Assembly: GCA_002269645.1 (NCBI GenBank)
Contig: NIVC01001367.1
Coordinates: 240,533 to 304,532 of the forward strand
Length of the DNA stretch: 64,000 bases
Reading direction: 5' to 3'
Origin: Macrostomum lignano
Taxonomy: Eukaryota
Position 1 is the first letter of the stretch. Every line of letters starts with the position of its first letter. The translations under genes were made by a program, and so were the position numbers. This document shows positions 11,908 to 23,402 of this stretch, in pieces. The notes under the pieces were generated by a model. That model made no database searches. It saw nothing but the letters and a program-made list of their open reading frames with translations, and was not told where the DNA came from.

Positions 11908-13419
11908 CAAACAACAACAACAAACAACAGAGTACGCTGCCGGTTCGCAAAAGCAGCGTCAGATGGCGCGCTTCGAGGCTTGGGCGCGAACAAAGGCCGC
12001 ACCGCCGGCAGAGTCCGGGGCGCCGGCGTCAGCCAGCAGACAGTCGACGTAGCGCCGTGTCCTCGCCTGTCCCCGCCGGTAGGGTGCCTGCAACGTAAGT
12101 AGCAGCACCTCCTGCACCGGCTCCGGGCAGTAGGCCTCGGCGCGGATGACGTGGCCTGCCAGCTGGAGTCGCCGACGGCGCAGCAGATCGCTAGGACGGG
12201 CCAGGCCGGCGCGATGATAGAGCGCCGTGTTGGTGACTCGCTCGTTGCCGATCTTGAAGGCGGCGCGCAGCAGGCCAGCGTGCGCCGCGTCGACTTGAGC
12301 CTCGAGCGAGTCTGTCAGCGTCCAGGTCTCGGCGTTGTATAACAGGACGGTTTCGATCACCGCCTGGAACAGCGCCGCCCTCTGGCGGTCCGTTAGGGCC
12401 TCGGACTGCAGGACTGACCTTATAGAACGAAAGGCAGCCCAGGCAAGTCCTCGGCGACGCCGCAGATCCTCGCGAACGTCGGGAACCAGACCGCCGAGGT
12501 AGACGAACTGCTGACATCTTGGAAGCTCACTCGCCTGTCCGTCAGCGCCTCGGCAGAAGATTGCAGCCTCGGTGTCATCCGGCACGCATAGCACGACGGT
12601 CTTCTGCGTGTTGACCACCAGGCCGACGCTCGCCGCAACGGCAACCAGCCTATCCAGTTGTCGTTGGGCGCCCTCGACGGTTGAGGACAGCAGGGCGAGG
12701 TCATCGGCGTAGCCAAGCACGCTGAGCCGTCTCTCCGGTTGGCGTCGACCCACGCGTCGCCGCAGCAGGAAGCCGTCGTCGTTGGAAGGCAGAGCAGTCC
12801 GTAGCACCCAGTCAAGCACCAGAATAAATAGGAACGGCGCTAGCGTATCTCCCTGGAGCACCCCGGAGGATGTCTCGAAGAAATCCGATAGGCCGTCCGG
12901 TGTTGAGACAGCAGCCGTCGTGCCGTGGTACAGCGCCATGACAGCAGAAATCAGCAGCTCTGGCACGTTGTACGCACGGAGCACCTCTGGGAGCGCGTCC
13001 CTCACGACCGAGTCGAAGGCCTTCCTGAAATCGACGAAGATCAGGATCAGGGTCAACTGGCGGATGCGCGCCTCCTCGATGACTCGCCGGAGCCAGGATC
13101 TGCGTCACTGTGCCGCGATGGGGCCGGAATCCGTTCTGCTCAGGCCGCAGGTACGGGTCCAGCACAGGCTGTAGCCGCGATAGCAGCATGCGGTTGAACA
13201 GCTTCGCGGCGCAGGACTGTAGGCAGATGCCTCGATGCTCCTCGAGCTTGGTGGTGCCCAGCTTCTTTGGAATGGCGACGATGTGCGCCGTGGTCCATTC
13301 GTTTGGCGCCACCTCACCGGAAAGCACGCGGTTCATCACTCTGACGACCTCAGTGGCCTCGCAGTGGATCCGCAGCGCCTCGGTGGGCACCTCGTCCGGA
13401 CCAAGCGCTTTGCCGCCCG
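11908..13419 (-). mobile_element. 5'-truncated RTE-clade non-LTR retrotransposon
   Basis: RT motifs KALGPDEV, EQNGFR, FVDFRKAFDSV, GVLQGD, GYADD. Frameshift near 13095. (TTG)n 3' tail at 11908-11929. Flanking GATGTAA direct repeat at 11901-11907 and 13420-13426. Confidence 0.9.
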
Positions 13420-13585
13420 GATGTAAGCACATGTAAGTGATGTAAGCACTCGCGACTCCACAAGTTGCCTGGCACTGGTCCGCCAAGTTCAGGCTCACCT
13501 GGTTACAACAGAAAATAAATGCCATAAGCGAGCTTCCTCTGCGTACGCTTTGCACGAACAGCCAGCATCGAGGAGAACAGGCAAA

Positions 13586-14422
13586 ATGGGCAGCGTCTTC
13601 TCAGTCTGCATGCAGCCGCGCACGGGCGTCTCGCCGGGAAACGCCGAGACTGAGCTCAACAAGTCGACCGCCCGGCCAGCAGACCGCAACGTCTACATGG
13701 CGATCCACAACTTCGTGGCTACACAGCCAGACGAGCTCACTATCTGCAGAGGCGACATGATCGAGTTGGAGTTCACCGCCGAGCAGTGCCAGAGTAGTCA
13801 GTGGTGGAAGGCGCGCAACCTTGAGACAAACAGGAGCGGTCTGGTGCCCTTCAACTACATCACAAAGTACAATGGCCTGCCGTGCCACCTGGATGGCTGG
13901 ATGGATTGCAACCGGATGGACGCCGATCGGATGCTGCTGCGCGCCGGCCTGCAGGCTGGCACCTACATCATCCGGCCGTGCGCCAGGCAGAACGCTGGCT
14001 TGGCCAAGCTGGAGCTTTGCGTTCGAACTCCGCACCCAAGATGCGAGAACAACTTCTTAGTGGAGCACTACCAAATCAAGAACTCGGCAAATGGAACTGT
14101 GTTCTTCATCAACAAGTCGAAGACCTACCCGACTATGCAGAAGCTGATCGATGAATACAAAAGTGAATGAAAAAAGCTACTTCAGTATGAGACTAACAAA
14201 GTACAAAGTAAACAAAGTATTTTAAGGACAATTGATGCGTATAAACTCCATTTGTTCTTCTGCTCACCCAGACGGTGGTCTCTGCTCGCCATTGACCGAG
14301 CCTTGTCCGATCGACCCACCGCGTGTGCTGGGGGGGCCCCGGGTGCCACGTGTGCGCCATCGAAGTCTCCCGCCAGACTCTCAGCATGGTGCGAAAACTT
14401 GGAGCCGGAAGCTTCGGCGAGG
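13586..14422 (+). pseudogene. Src-family tyrosine kinase, N-terminal part only (myristoylation-type start, SH3, SH2, linker, P-loop)
   Basis: MGS start, SH3 (AIHNF..QPDELT..WWKARNL..GLVPFNYI) and SH2 (TYIIRP). A phase-1 intron 14163-14271 leads to GGLCSPLTEPCP, then a 1-nt shift into IEVSRQTLSMVRKLGAGSFGE and a donor at 14423. No downstream kinase exons were found in the window. Confidence 0.8.
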
Positions 14423-15656
14423 GTAAGAGTTCCTGATACTGTCTGTGCCGTGGAGAGTTACGGCTTGAGTTGGGTTAAAACAGCCTTTTTTGATCACTGG
14501 ATTCAGGGTGGAAACTTCATCATGTTGCTGAGTATATTACATTTTCGTCTGCGTCAACATAGCAGAAATAGCGTGCAAAAATATGCTTAAATTCTCTGAC
14601 GACCATCCAATTATTATCTGTGAATTCTTCGCATGCTGGCCTCGCACCTGGTGAAAGAGAAGTAAACTATAACTAACCGTCTTCCGATAATAATACTCTC
14701 GATTTGCATGACTTTTACCTTGTACGTCAAGGTACTTGCGCTCATAAGTTTGGCAATATGATTTAATTAGTATCCTAACCCGGGTCGGTTTGGGTGCCCA
14801 GCCCAAGTACAATACGGTGCTACCTGCAGGCGAATTGTGACGCTCTGCCAATACGAGTATGATATCACTGCTGACAGGGGTCATGACGCTCCATACTCCT
14901 GAAGATGCCGTTTTGTGGGGAAAATTCTCGCGTGCAGCAAGGTCTCAGGCAGTCTAATACCGCGTGCACGGCGTGCATCAAGAAGTCGGAAATGTTTTTG
15001 GCGTGTTTTGCGTAACAGCGCCATGTTTAAAGTTGTTTGGCGTTCGACCACTATCAGAGCTATGCACTATTGTCAGTATAGCCTGTGCTTCATGAGAAAT
15101 TTTTTGGCTTTTAAAACATTATCTGATATTTTGTAAAAATATTGTTCTACAATATCGATAAAATATACAATGTTTTTATTACTAGAAGGTAATATATTTA
15201 GTTCAGTACAATATATAAGCATTTCTATAAGTGTTGTTTATCTGCTATCTCTCATTAAAAAAATTGAATACTTCATTGGACATTCTTTCATAGAATCAGA
15301 CGTCATTGACGTTCTGAGTACCAGGTTGCTCGTTCTGGCGTGATGACGCTGAGAACTAGCGTTGCTCCCAGAGGTGTTGCGACCAAGGACGACTTAAGTA
15401 GAAGGACGGGAAACCTCGTTTCTTGGAGGTATTCTCCACGTACGTACATTTGCACGTGCCTTGTGCCTAAAAACCATTAAAATTGCACAGCTCCGCCTTT
15501 TAGTTTTAGGAGTCTATTTTGTCTTAGGAGTCTCTTTTTATCAGAAATGATAAAATTGATATTTGATAAAAGGATTGAAACTCTGTTTTGGACCAGCGGT
15601 GGAGCCTTCCACGCCTGTAGACTTTAGTCCCTACCAGATCATTGATTTGCTGGAAC

Positions 15657-15726
15657 ATGCATTGTCGGCGCCTTCTCACCGTTCTGCTAGTGTCGGTGGC
15701 TCTGGCATGCTCTGCGGCAACTCAGG
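15657..15726 (+). pseudogene. Paralogous signal-peptide exon of the 6941 gene; exon 2 missing
   Basis: Encodes MHCRRLLTVLLVSVALACSAATQ with the same GTGCGT donor. About 100 bp upstream (from 15560) and the intron start align to 6855-7100. Confidence 0.85.
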
Positions 15727-15784
15727 GTGCGTCTGGCGTTTGTCTTGACGTACTGTACTTGGCGGCTCTCGAGGCAGTTGAGAC

Positions 15785-16628
15785 CAGCCTCCCAGATACT
15801 CAGGCTCGACCAGCCTCCCAGATCCTCAGGTTTGACAAGCCTCCCAGATCCTCAGGTTTGACAAGCCTCCCAGACCCTCAGGTTTGACAAGCCTCCCAGA
15901 TCCTCAGGTTTGACAAGCCTCTCAGATCCTCAGGCTTGACAAGCCTCCCAGATCCTCAGGTTTCACAAGCCTCCCAGATCCTCAGGTTTGACAAGCCTCC
16001 CAGACCCTCAGGTTTGACAAGCCTCCCAGATCCTCAGGTTTGACAAGCCTCCCAGATCCTCAGGTTTGACCAGCCTCCCAGATCCTCAGGTTTGACAAGC
16101 CTCCCAGATCCTCAGGTTTGACAAGCCTCTCAGATCCTCAGGCTTGACAAGCCTCCCAGATCCTCAGGTTTGACAAGCCTCCCAGATCCTCAGGTTTGAC
16201 AAGCCTCCCAGATCCTCAGGTTTGACAAGCCTCCCAGATCCTCAGGTTTGACAAGCCTCCCAGATCCTCAGGTTTGACAAGCCTCCCAGACCCTCAGGTT
16301 TGACAAGCCTCCCAGATCCTCAGGTTTGACAAGCCTCCCAGATCCTCAGGTTTGACAAGCCTCCCAGATCCTCAGGTTTCACAAGCCTCCCAGATCCTCA
16401 GGTTTGACAAGCCTCCCAGATCCTCAGGTTTGACCAGCCTCCCAGATCCTCAGGTTTGACAAGCCTCCCAGATCCTCAGGTTTGACAAGCCTCCCAGATC
16501 CTCAGGTTTGACAAGCCTCCCAGATCCTCAGGTTTGACAAGCCTCCCAGATCCTCAGGTTTGACAAGCCTCCCAGATCCTCAGGTTTGACAAGCCTCCCA
16601 GATCCTCAGGTTTGACAAGCCTCCCAGA
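15785..16628. repeat. 26-bp minisatellite, left part
   Basis: Unit CAAGCCTCCCAGATCCTCAGGTTTGA, about 31 copies, interrupted by the LINE. Confidence 0.97.
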
Positions 16629-16876
16629 GCACGCGAAGGCGTATTCAGCACGCCAGTGAAGTATGAGACAGACCAGGCCTATGGGCTACGGTCTGCGATG
16701 CTTCACGCCTGCCCCTATCTTCAGCAGGTCAAGGCTGGAGGGAGGTATGCCCCCGCTATTTACCGCTGGCAGCCGCAGACCCCCCCTCCACGCTGTCTCG
16801 CAAGTCGACCCAGGGTACTCGTCCCCGCGTGTGTTCAAGGCAGACCCTAGGGCTGCTGGACAGACTGGGCTCCGAC
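16629..16876 (+). ncRNA. HDV-like self-cleaving ribozyme at the LINE 5' end
   Basis: P1 GCACGCG (16629-35) / CGCGTGT (16826-32) with a G1-U wobble. P3 GGG/CCC. L3 T-AC-TCGT. P1.1 AC/GT. P4 16835-60. J4/2 CAGAC with C16861. P2 GTCG-A-CCCA / TGGG-CTC-CGAC. Confidence 0.85.
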
Positions 16877-17097
16877 GCTGGCGACCCATCCAGTGGCTTC
16901 GGCCGAACTTGGGTATGCGGGTCTGGCTCGCCAGCCTGCAGGCCGTGGTACTGCTTAACGTACCCTCTAATGCCTAAGGTTTTTGACCGTGCCGATGGGC
17001 TGGAAGGCCGGGGGGTTGTCCGGTCGCTAACGGTCCTTTTCTTTTTCTTCTTTCCTCTTTCTTTTGTGACTCAGCTCACTCCTTCCCGCTTTCAGCT

Positions 17098-18541
17098 ATG
17101 GCGTCATCCGCCTCTTTCAACCCCGCTGAAGCCGGGGCCCCGGCAACTCCGGCCGGTGACTCTGGCACCAGCGCCGCCCCACCGGGGGCAGATGGGCTTG
17201 CCGCCGGCTCGGCCAGTGACATGCCCGCACGCGCAACCGGGCCCTCCACTGAAGCCCGACGCGCCCGCAACCAACGCCGCAACGAGCGGCGACGACGGCG
17301 ACTGCGGGATACTGCGGGCCGGCCACCGGCGGAGGGGGAACCTAGGGAGGGCGAGGCTGCTGTTGGGCCGAAAGGAGCCACAGCAACCCCTGCCCCCCAG
17401 GATACAACCCCCGCTGGTGAGCCACCCAGTAAACCTGCTACAAGCGCGGCTGGGCCTTCGGGAACCGCCGCCACTAACTACGCCTCAAAGGTCAAGCTCC
17501 AACCGGCGGTCATCGTCTTCGGGGAAGAGCAAGACCTCACGGCCGAGGAGCTCGACAGTGCCTGGCGCACCATCGATGCTGCGCTCATCGACGAGCTCCT
17601 GGCGGGCCGCCCTGTGAGCGTGGTCAAGTCTGCCAAGACCGACGGCTGCATCTTCATCTGGTGCAGCTCGGAGGAGAGCAGCCGCAGTCTACGCGAGCTT
17701 CTGCCAAAGCTGAACTGGCCCAAGAAGCTCGGCAAGCTCGTCTTCGCCAGCGAGGGCGAGCGACAAAAGACCCAGCGCTTTCGCGTCTGGATCCCGGCCG
17801 GTAATGCCATTAAGTTCGGAGATCAGCTTAGGCAAATATTGCTAAAGCTGCACCCAGACCTTGAGGTCAACGGGCTCTCCTACACCACGCCACTTCCCGC
17901 AAGGAGAAGGGGGCTACGGTGATCCTAGGGCTCTCTGATGACTGGGCTAAGCGCTTGCCGCCTAAGTCCACAATCCATATTGGTCTGACTCAGCTGACCA
18001 TCCTCCGTTGCGAGGAGCGGAAAGCTGATGAAGCCAAGAATGCCAAGGCTTCCGAAACCGGAACTGGGGCCCAGGCTCCTCCGGCAAAGAAGCCGAGGCA
18101 AACGGCCGATCCTATGCCCGGTAAGGCAGTTCGCGCTGCTGAAACCGGAAATCGCAATCGCAGACCCGCCAGGAGCACCCGGAGGTCCGGGCGTATCTTC
18201 GGGCGTATCGTGAGCGGGCCCGCGCTTCTCACGCTCCACCCCAACAGCCAGAAGGCCAGGCTGTAAGCGGGGAGGCGCCGACCGACTGGTTCGAGTCTGT
18301 GATTCACCAGGAGGCTGGCGCCACCTGCATCGACCTGACCGACGAGGCAGAGGGGACGGGCAGTGACAGCACCGAAGCACGCAGGGGAGGCGACGGTAAC
18401 GTCCACGCTGGGCTCACGACCGCGGAGGACTCCACAGCCACCATAACTGCCGAGGACGCTGAAACTCCCATGGAGGTCTGCGGGTCACCCACCACTGAAA
18501 AGGAGGACGTTGACCTGCTCAACGATTCCCCAACTGCGTGA
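17098..18541 (+). pseudogene. LINE ORF1 (frameshifted)
   Basis: Pieces 17098-17922, 17919-18266 and 18299-18541 read as one frameshifted ORF. It includes the NYASKVK motif, similar to the YA..V motifs common in ORF1 proteins. Confidence 0.7.
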
Positions 18542-18543
18542 TT

Positions 18544-21500
18544 ATGATCAGCAATCAGGGAATCCATTGCTTGCAGATTAATCTGCAACACTGCGTCGCA
18601 GCCTCGGTCAACCTTATGCGTTACGCCGAGCTCGACAAGCCGGGGCTCATCCTCGTCCAGGAACCCTGGACTCTCAATCATGCAAGCCTCAAAACATCCC
18701 TGCCGGCTACAATTGTTTTAATACTTACCCTCGCGAGACCAACCAGCCTCCCAGAGCTTGCATCTTTGCGAGCAAAACGCTCAGTGCGTGGCTCAGATAG
18801 GACCTGTCGAAAAGGGACATCTGCGTCATCCAATCCGAGGACCTCCTTCCTGGGAAGACCACCCTCATTGCCTCGGTTTATTTACCAGGTAATGCTGCGG
18901 TCGTCCCCAGAGCCCTCGCTACGCTGGTAGAGCTCTGCTCTGCCAAAAACTACGAGCTCATTGTTGCCGGCGACGTCAACGCCCACCACACTCACTGTGG
19001 CAGCACTGGCACTAATCAGAGAGGCGAAGACCTCCTAGCCTACGTTGCCTCTACGACCCTCGAGTTCTGCAACTCTGGGTCCACCCCTACCTTTGACAAC
19101 GCACGGTGGTCGGAGGTGATCGACGCTACGCTCGCAACGCCCAGACTCTACCAGAGTATTGGGGCATGGGGGGTGCTTCCAGTGTTCTCACTCTCGGATC
19201 ACAAGTTCATCTCCTTCAACCTGATGGCCGCGCGTAGCGCTACTCGTGTTACGTGGAAACGGAACGCCAGAAATACTGATTGGGAAACTTTCGGGCTCGC
19301 CCTGAAGGAATTCCATCGGTCTTCTGGCCAACCATCCACGATCACGTCGTGCCGAGAGGCGGATGAGTGCGCGACTGTTTTGACAAAGACGCTAACCGCC
19401 GCCTTTGAGGCGTCCTGCCCTTTAAAAGCCTATAAAGGGAAAAAGTCCGCGCCGTGGTGGAATCCCGAGCTCGGCAACCTCCGTCGCAGGGCTAAGAGAC
19501 TCCACCGCAGAGCAACTAAAACTAAGAGCCCAGCGGACCAAACAGCCTATCATGAAGCAATTCATGAGTTTAAAAGGCAGGTTAGGAATGCAAAGGCTCA
19601 AAAATGGCGACAATACTGTGAGGAGCTAGAGGGCTCACGCCCCACCTCCAGAGTTGTGAAAGCGCTCACGCTGGACAAAATGTCTAAGCTCTCCTCGGTC
19701 AAACGCACCGACGGTACGTCCACGGACAACCCAGGGGAAACGCTTGCTGTAATGCTCACTGCGTTTTTCCCCAACGAGCCAGCTAACCCTACCACTCCGG
19801 ATCACTCGGAGGGAGGTCACGCGCTGGCTGCCTCTATCATCACGGAGGACCGCATCGTGAGAGCGGCTAATTCCTTCAAGCCTTTCAAAGCCCCAGGACC
19901 CGACGGCATTGTACCGGCCCTCCTAAGAGAGGCAGTTAAATGCCCAGGCTTCCTACGCAAACTTTGCAGCCTTCTTCGGGCATGCATTACGCTTGGTTAT
20001 GTCCCACAGGCATGGACCGAGGCAAAGGTGATTTTTATCCCTAAGCCAGGCCGCCTGGACTACCATTCTATCAAATCCTTCAGACCGATCAGCTTGACCT
20101 TCTCCCTGGTCAAGCTGATGGAGAGACCGGTGCTTTGGCGCCTTCTCTCTGTTGAGCTGAAGAACAAACCTCTCAGCGAGAACCAGCACGCTTTTCGGGC
20201 GGGTCGCTCCACTGAAAGCGCGCTGCACGTCCTGGTCGATAAACTCGAGAAGGCCGTGCTTGGTAACGGCTTTGCTCTGGGGATCTTCCTGGACATCATT
20301 GGCGCCTTCGATAACGTCCTCTTCGAGGCGTTCCGAAGAGCTCTTTGTGAGAGGCAAACGCACTCACATCTCACCAGATGGATCATGTACATGATCAGCC
20401 ATCGCACGGCCACCGCCAGTCTGCTGGGCTACCAGAGGACGGTCCCCATCTGCAAAGGTAGCCTGCAAGGTGGGGTGCTGTCTCCAGTTCTCTGGAATAT
20501 GGTCATCGATGAGCTCCTCCGGGATGTTCGGCCTGACCCCATTCTGAAAGTTGGATATGCGGACGATGTCACCGCGGTGGCATCTGGTCCGTCCCCTGAT
20601 ACCCTCAGGGACCTTCTTCAGAACTTCATCTACGCCGCTGAGCAATGGGTGGATCACTGTGGTTTAAGGCTCTCTGAGACTAAGACCGCAGCGATCATGT
20701 TCACTAGCAGGACCGAGTGGCAGATTCAGCCGCTCACGCTTTACGGAAGGGAAATCCCCGTCTGCAAGCAGACTAAATGTCTAGGTATTACCCTGGACCA
20801 CAGGCTGAACTGGTCACCCCACGTTCAAGCAAAAGCCAAAAAGGCCTTCGCAGTCCTCGCGCAATTGCGCAGGGCTGTCGGCACCACCTGGGGGCTCACC
20901 CCCAAGCGCCTCTGGTGGATCTACACTGCAATGGTTACGCCCGCTATCTCGTATGGCGGCCTGATCTGGGCTAGCGCCCTGCAGATAAAGACCTGTCTAA
21001 AGACTCTCAGGAGAGCGCAAGGGCGCGCATGTCGCATGATCATGAGCGCCCCTCCGCCTGCTCCTTTCGATGGCCTCAACGCCTTCCTCAACATTCCTCC
21101 GCTGGGCATCTTTGTACGCAGGGAAGCGGCTAAGACTGCCCGCCGTCTAGCTGACGCTGGCATTCGAATCCAGCCCCATAGGGCCATGGCTAAGCGCAAG
21201 CTTCTGCCCCACGCTGACCTCTGCCTCAAGGACTTGAGAGACAGCGGCGGGCTCCACGTCCTATCTGACGGCGAACCCCGCACTCTCAACCTCTTTCAGC
21301 GCTACAAGGTCACCATCCCCTCTAGGGATGCTGCCAATGACCACTGGAATTTCCAGGAGGTCCATTGCTACACGGACGGATCCATCAAAGACGGTCGCGC
21401 CGGCTTTGGGGTCTGCATCATCATCAACGGCCGCGTAATTGCCACGCATGCCCAGCACACTGGTAGACTCTCCACAGTCTTCCAGAACAAAGTCCTTGCC

Positions 21501-22250
21501 ATCAGCTCTTGCACTGCAGAGCTGAACGCCAAGGGTACGAGAGGAAAGACTATTGTCATCCACTCCGACAGCCAAGCGGCCTTACAGGCCCTTTGCCACA
21601 CCACAACGAACTCCCGGACAGTCGCCGACTGCGCCCGGCAGCTCAACCTCCTGGCCAGTAGCAATACTGTCAGGCTGAAGTGGATCCCAGGGCACGCAGG
21701 GTTTTCGGGGAACGAGCTGGCAGACACCCTCGCCAAGAGGGGCGGCTCTGGCTCTTTCTTCGGCCCTGCCCCCTGGTCCCTATGCCCTTGACAGTCATCA
21801 ATCGTCAGATCGATGACTGGGCTGACTCCCTCCACAGGGACAGATGGGCGGGCACCAAAAACTGCTGGCAATCTCGTGCCGCGGTTCCTTGCCCGTCTCG
21901 CAGGCTCAGAAACGTCCTTCTGAACCAGAATCGGAAGGATATTCGAGCCCTTGTCATGACCCTCACCGGCCATGGCTCACCTCGCCAGGCACTGCTTCCT
22001 CCGAGGTGACCTCGAGTGCGAACTTTGCCCCTTTTGCGAGCACGACAATGAAGATGCTCAGCACTTTGTTTGTCACTGCCCTTTCTTTAACAGAGACCGG
22101 CTACGCTACCTCGGGCCGAACCCGTCCATCGACGAGGTCTGCCAGCCCGACAGCATCTCACGGCTCATCCAGTTCCTTCGGGCGACTAGACGAGCCAGTT
22201 TCTTCCCAACGGAAGATCACGCTGCAGGACGGACCGGCGGACCACCCTGA
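18544..22250 (+). pseudogene. LINE ORF2: APE endonuclease, RT, RNase H, C-terminal CCHC (several frameshifts)
   Basis: APE: LQINLQH, LVQEPW, AGDVNAHH, SDH. RT: KAPGPDGI, ENQHAFR, LQGGVLSP, GYADD. RNase H: YTDGS, WIPGHAG..GNELAD. Zn knuckle: CPFCEHDNEDAQHFVCHC. Confidence 0.92.
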
Positions 22251-22349
22251 CGGCCCCACGCCTCTGCGGGCCTTCAGGGGCTAGCGGAATGGGCGACCCT
22301 CGCCTCCCCGCTGTGTCTACGGACCACCCTGCAGCTAAGTCAAGTAAGT

Positions 22350-22915
22350 CAAGCCTCCCAGATCCTCAGGTTTGACAAGCCTCCCAGATCCTCAGGTTTG
22401 ACCAGCCTCCCAGATCCTCAGGTTTGACAAGCCTCCCAGATCCTCACGTTTGACAAGCCTCCCAGATCCTCAGGCTTGACAAGCCTCCCAGATCCTCAGG
22501 TTTGACAAGCCTCCCAGATCCTCAGGCTTGACAAGCCTCCCAGATCCTCAGGTTTGACAAGCCTCCCAGATCCTCAGGTTTGACAAGCCTCCCAGATCCT
22601 CAGGTTTGACAAGCCTCCCAGATCCTCAGGTTTGACAAGCCTCCCAGATCCTCAGGTTTGACAAGCCTCCCAGATCCTCAGGTTTGACAAGCCTCCCAGA
22701 TCCTCAGGTTTGACAAGCCTCCCAGATCCTCAGGTTTGACAAGCCTCCCAGATCCTCAGGTTTGACAAGCCTCCCAGATCCTCAGGTTTGACAAGCCTCC
22801 CAGATCCTCAGGTTTGACAAGCCTCCCAGATCCTCAGGTTTGACAAGCCTCCCAGATCCTCAGGTTTGACAAGCCTCCCAGATCCTCAGGTTTGACAAGC
22901 CTCCCAGATCCTCAG
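22350..22915. repeat. 26-bp minisatellite, right part
   Basis: The same unit continues for about 22 copies after the LINE. Confidence 0.97.
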
Positions 22916-22916
22916 C

Positions 22917-23215
22917 TTAATCAAGTGACAGTCGTTACAATTTCGGATTGCCAGTTGTCAGGTTGCATGTACTAGTATTGGCCTGCCTGAGTTTACAGTG
23001 CTGTATGAAACATTGAATTGAATTCAAATACATTGACATCATCTTTATTTGGAGTGGCAATAAAGACAGTCAAAGAATTAAAAAGAAGTCAAGTCGCTGT
23101 CCTGCGAGAGTTACAAGCGTATTATTGAATAAATTTCAAGATGTTATACATGCATAGAATAAGGACCAAAATATAGGAAATTATGAGCAAATTGTCGGTG
23201 ACTGCATTCGTGAGC
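22917..23215 (+). repeat. Duplicated 3' flank of the secreted-protein locus
   Basis: Aligns to 7573-7860, from TCAAGTGACAGTCGTTA.. to ..GTCGGTGAC..ATTCGTGAG. Confidence 0.85.
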
Positions 23216-23402
23216 AACCAAAAATACCAAAATACACCCGCTATATGCCACGGAGCGTGCTACGGTCTACGGAAAGCGAAATCAGTTAAAATGTAGGAAG
23301 GTGAGCCATACAGTACAGTCGGGCACACGATACGTTTTGAAATTTCAAATTGTATTCCAAAGCATTTGTTTTCGTGCACCTCAGACAGTCAGCTTTTATC
23401 GA

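Larger units (their letters stand above)
16629..22349 (+). mobile_element. Full-length non-LTR retrotransposon, LOA/R1-group, with APE-RT-RNase H-CCHC ORF2
   Basis: 5' UTR, ORF1, ORF2 and a short AAGTC/AAGT tail. 13-bp TSD CAAGCCTCCCAGA at 16616-16628 and 22350-22362. Confidence 0.92.

Noticed and set aside
15785-22915. CRISPR-like array of palindromic repeats
   Set aside because: Units are head-to-tail with no unique spacers, there are no cas genes, and the context is eukaryotic.
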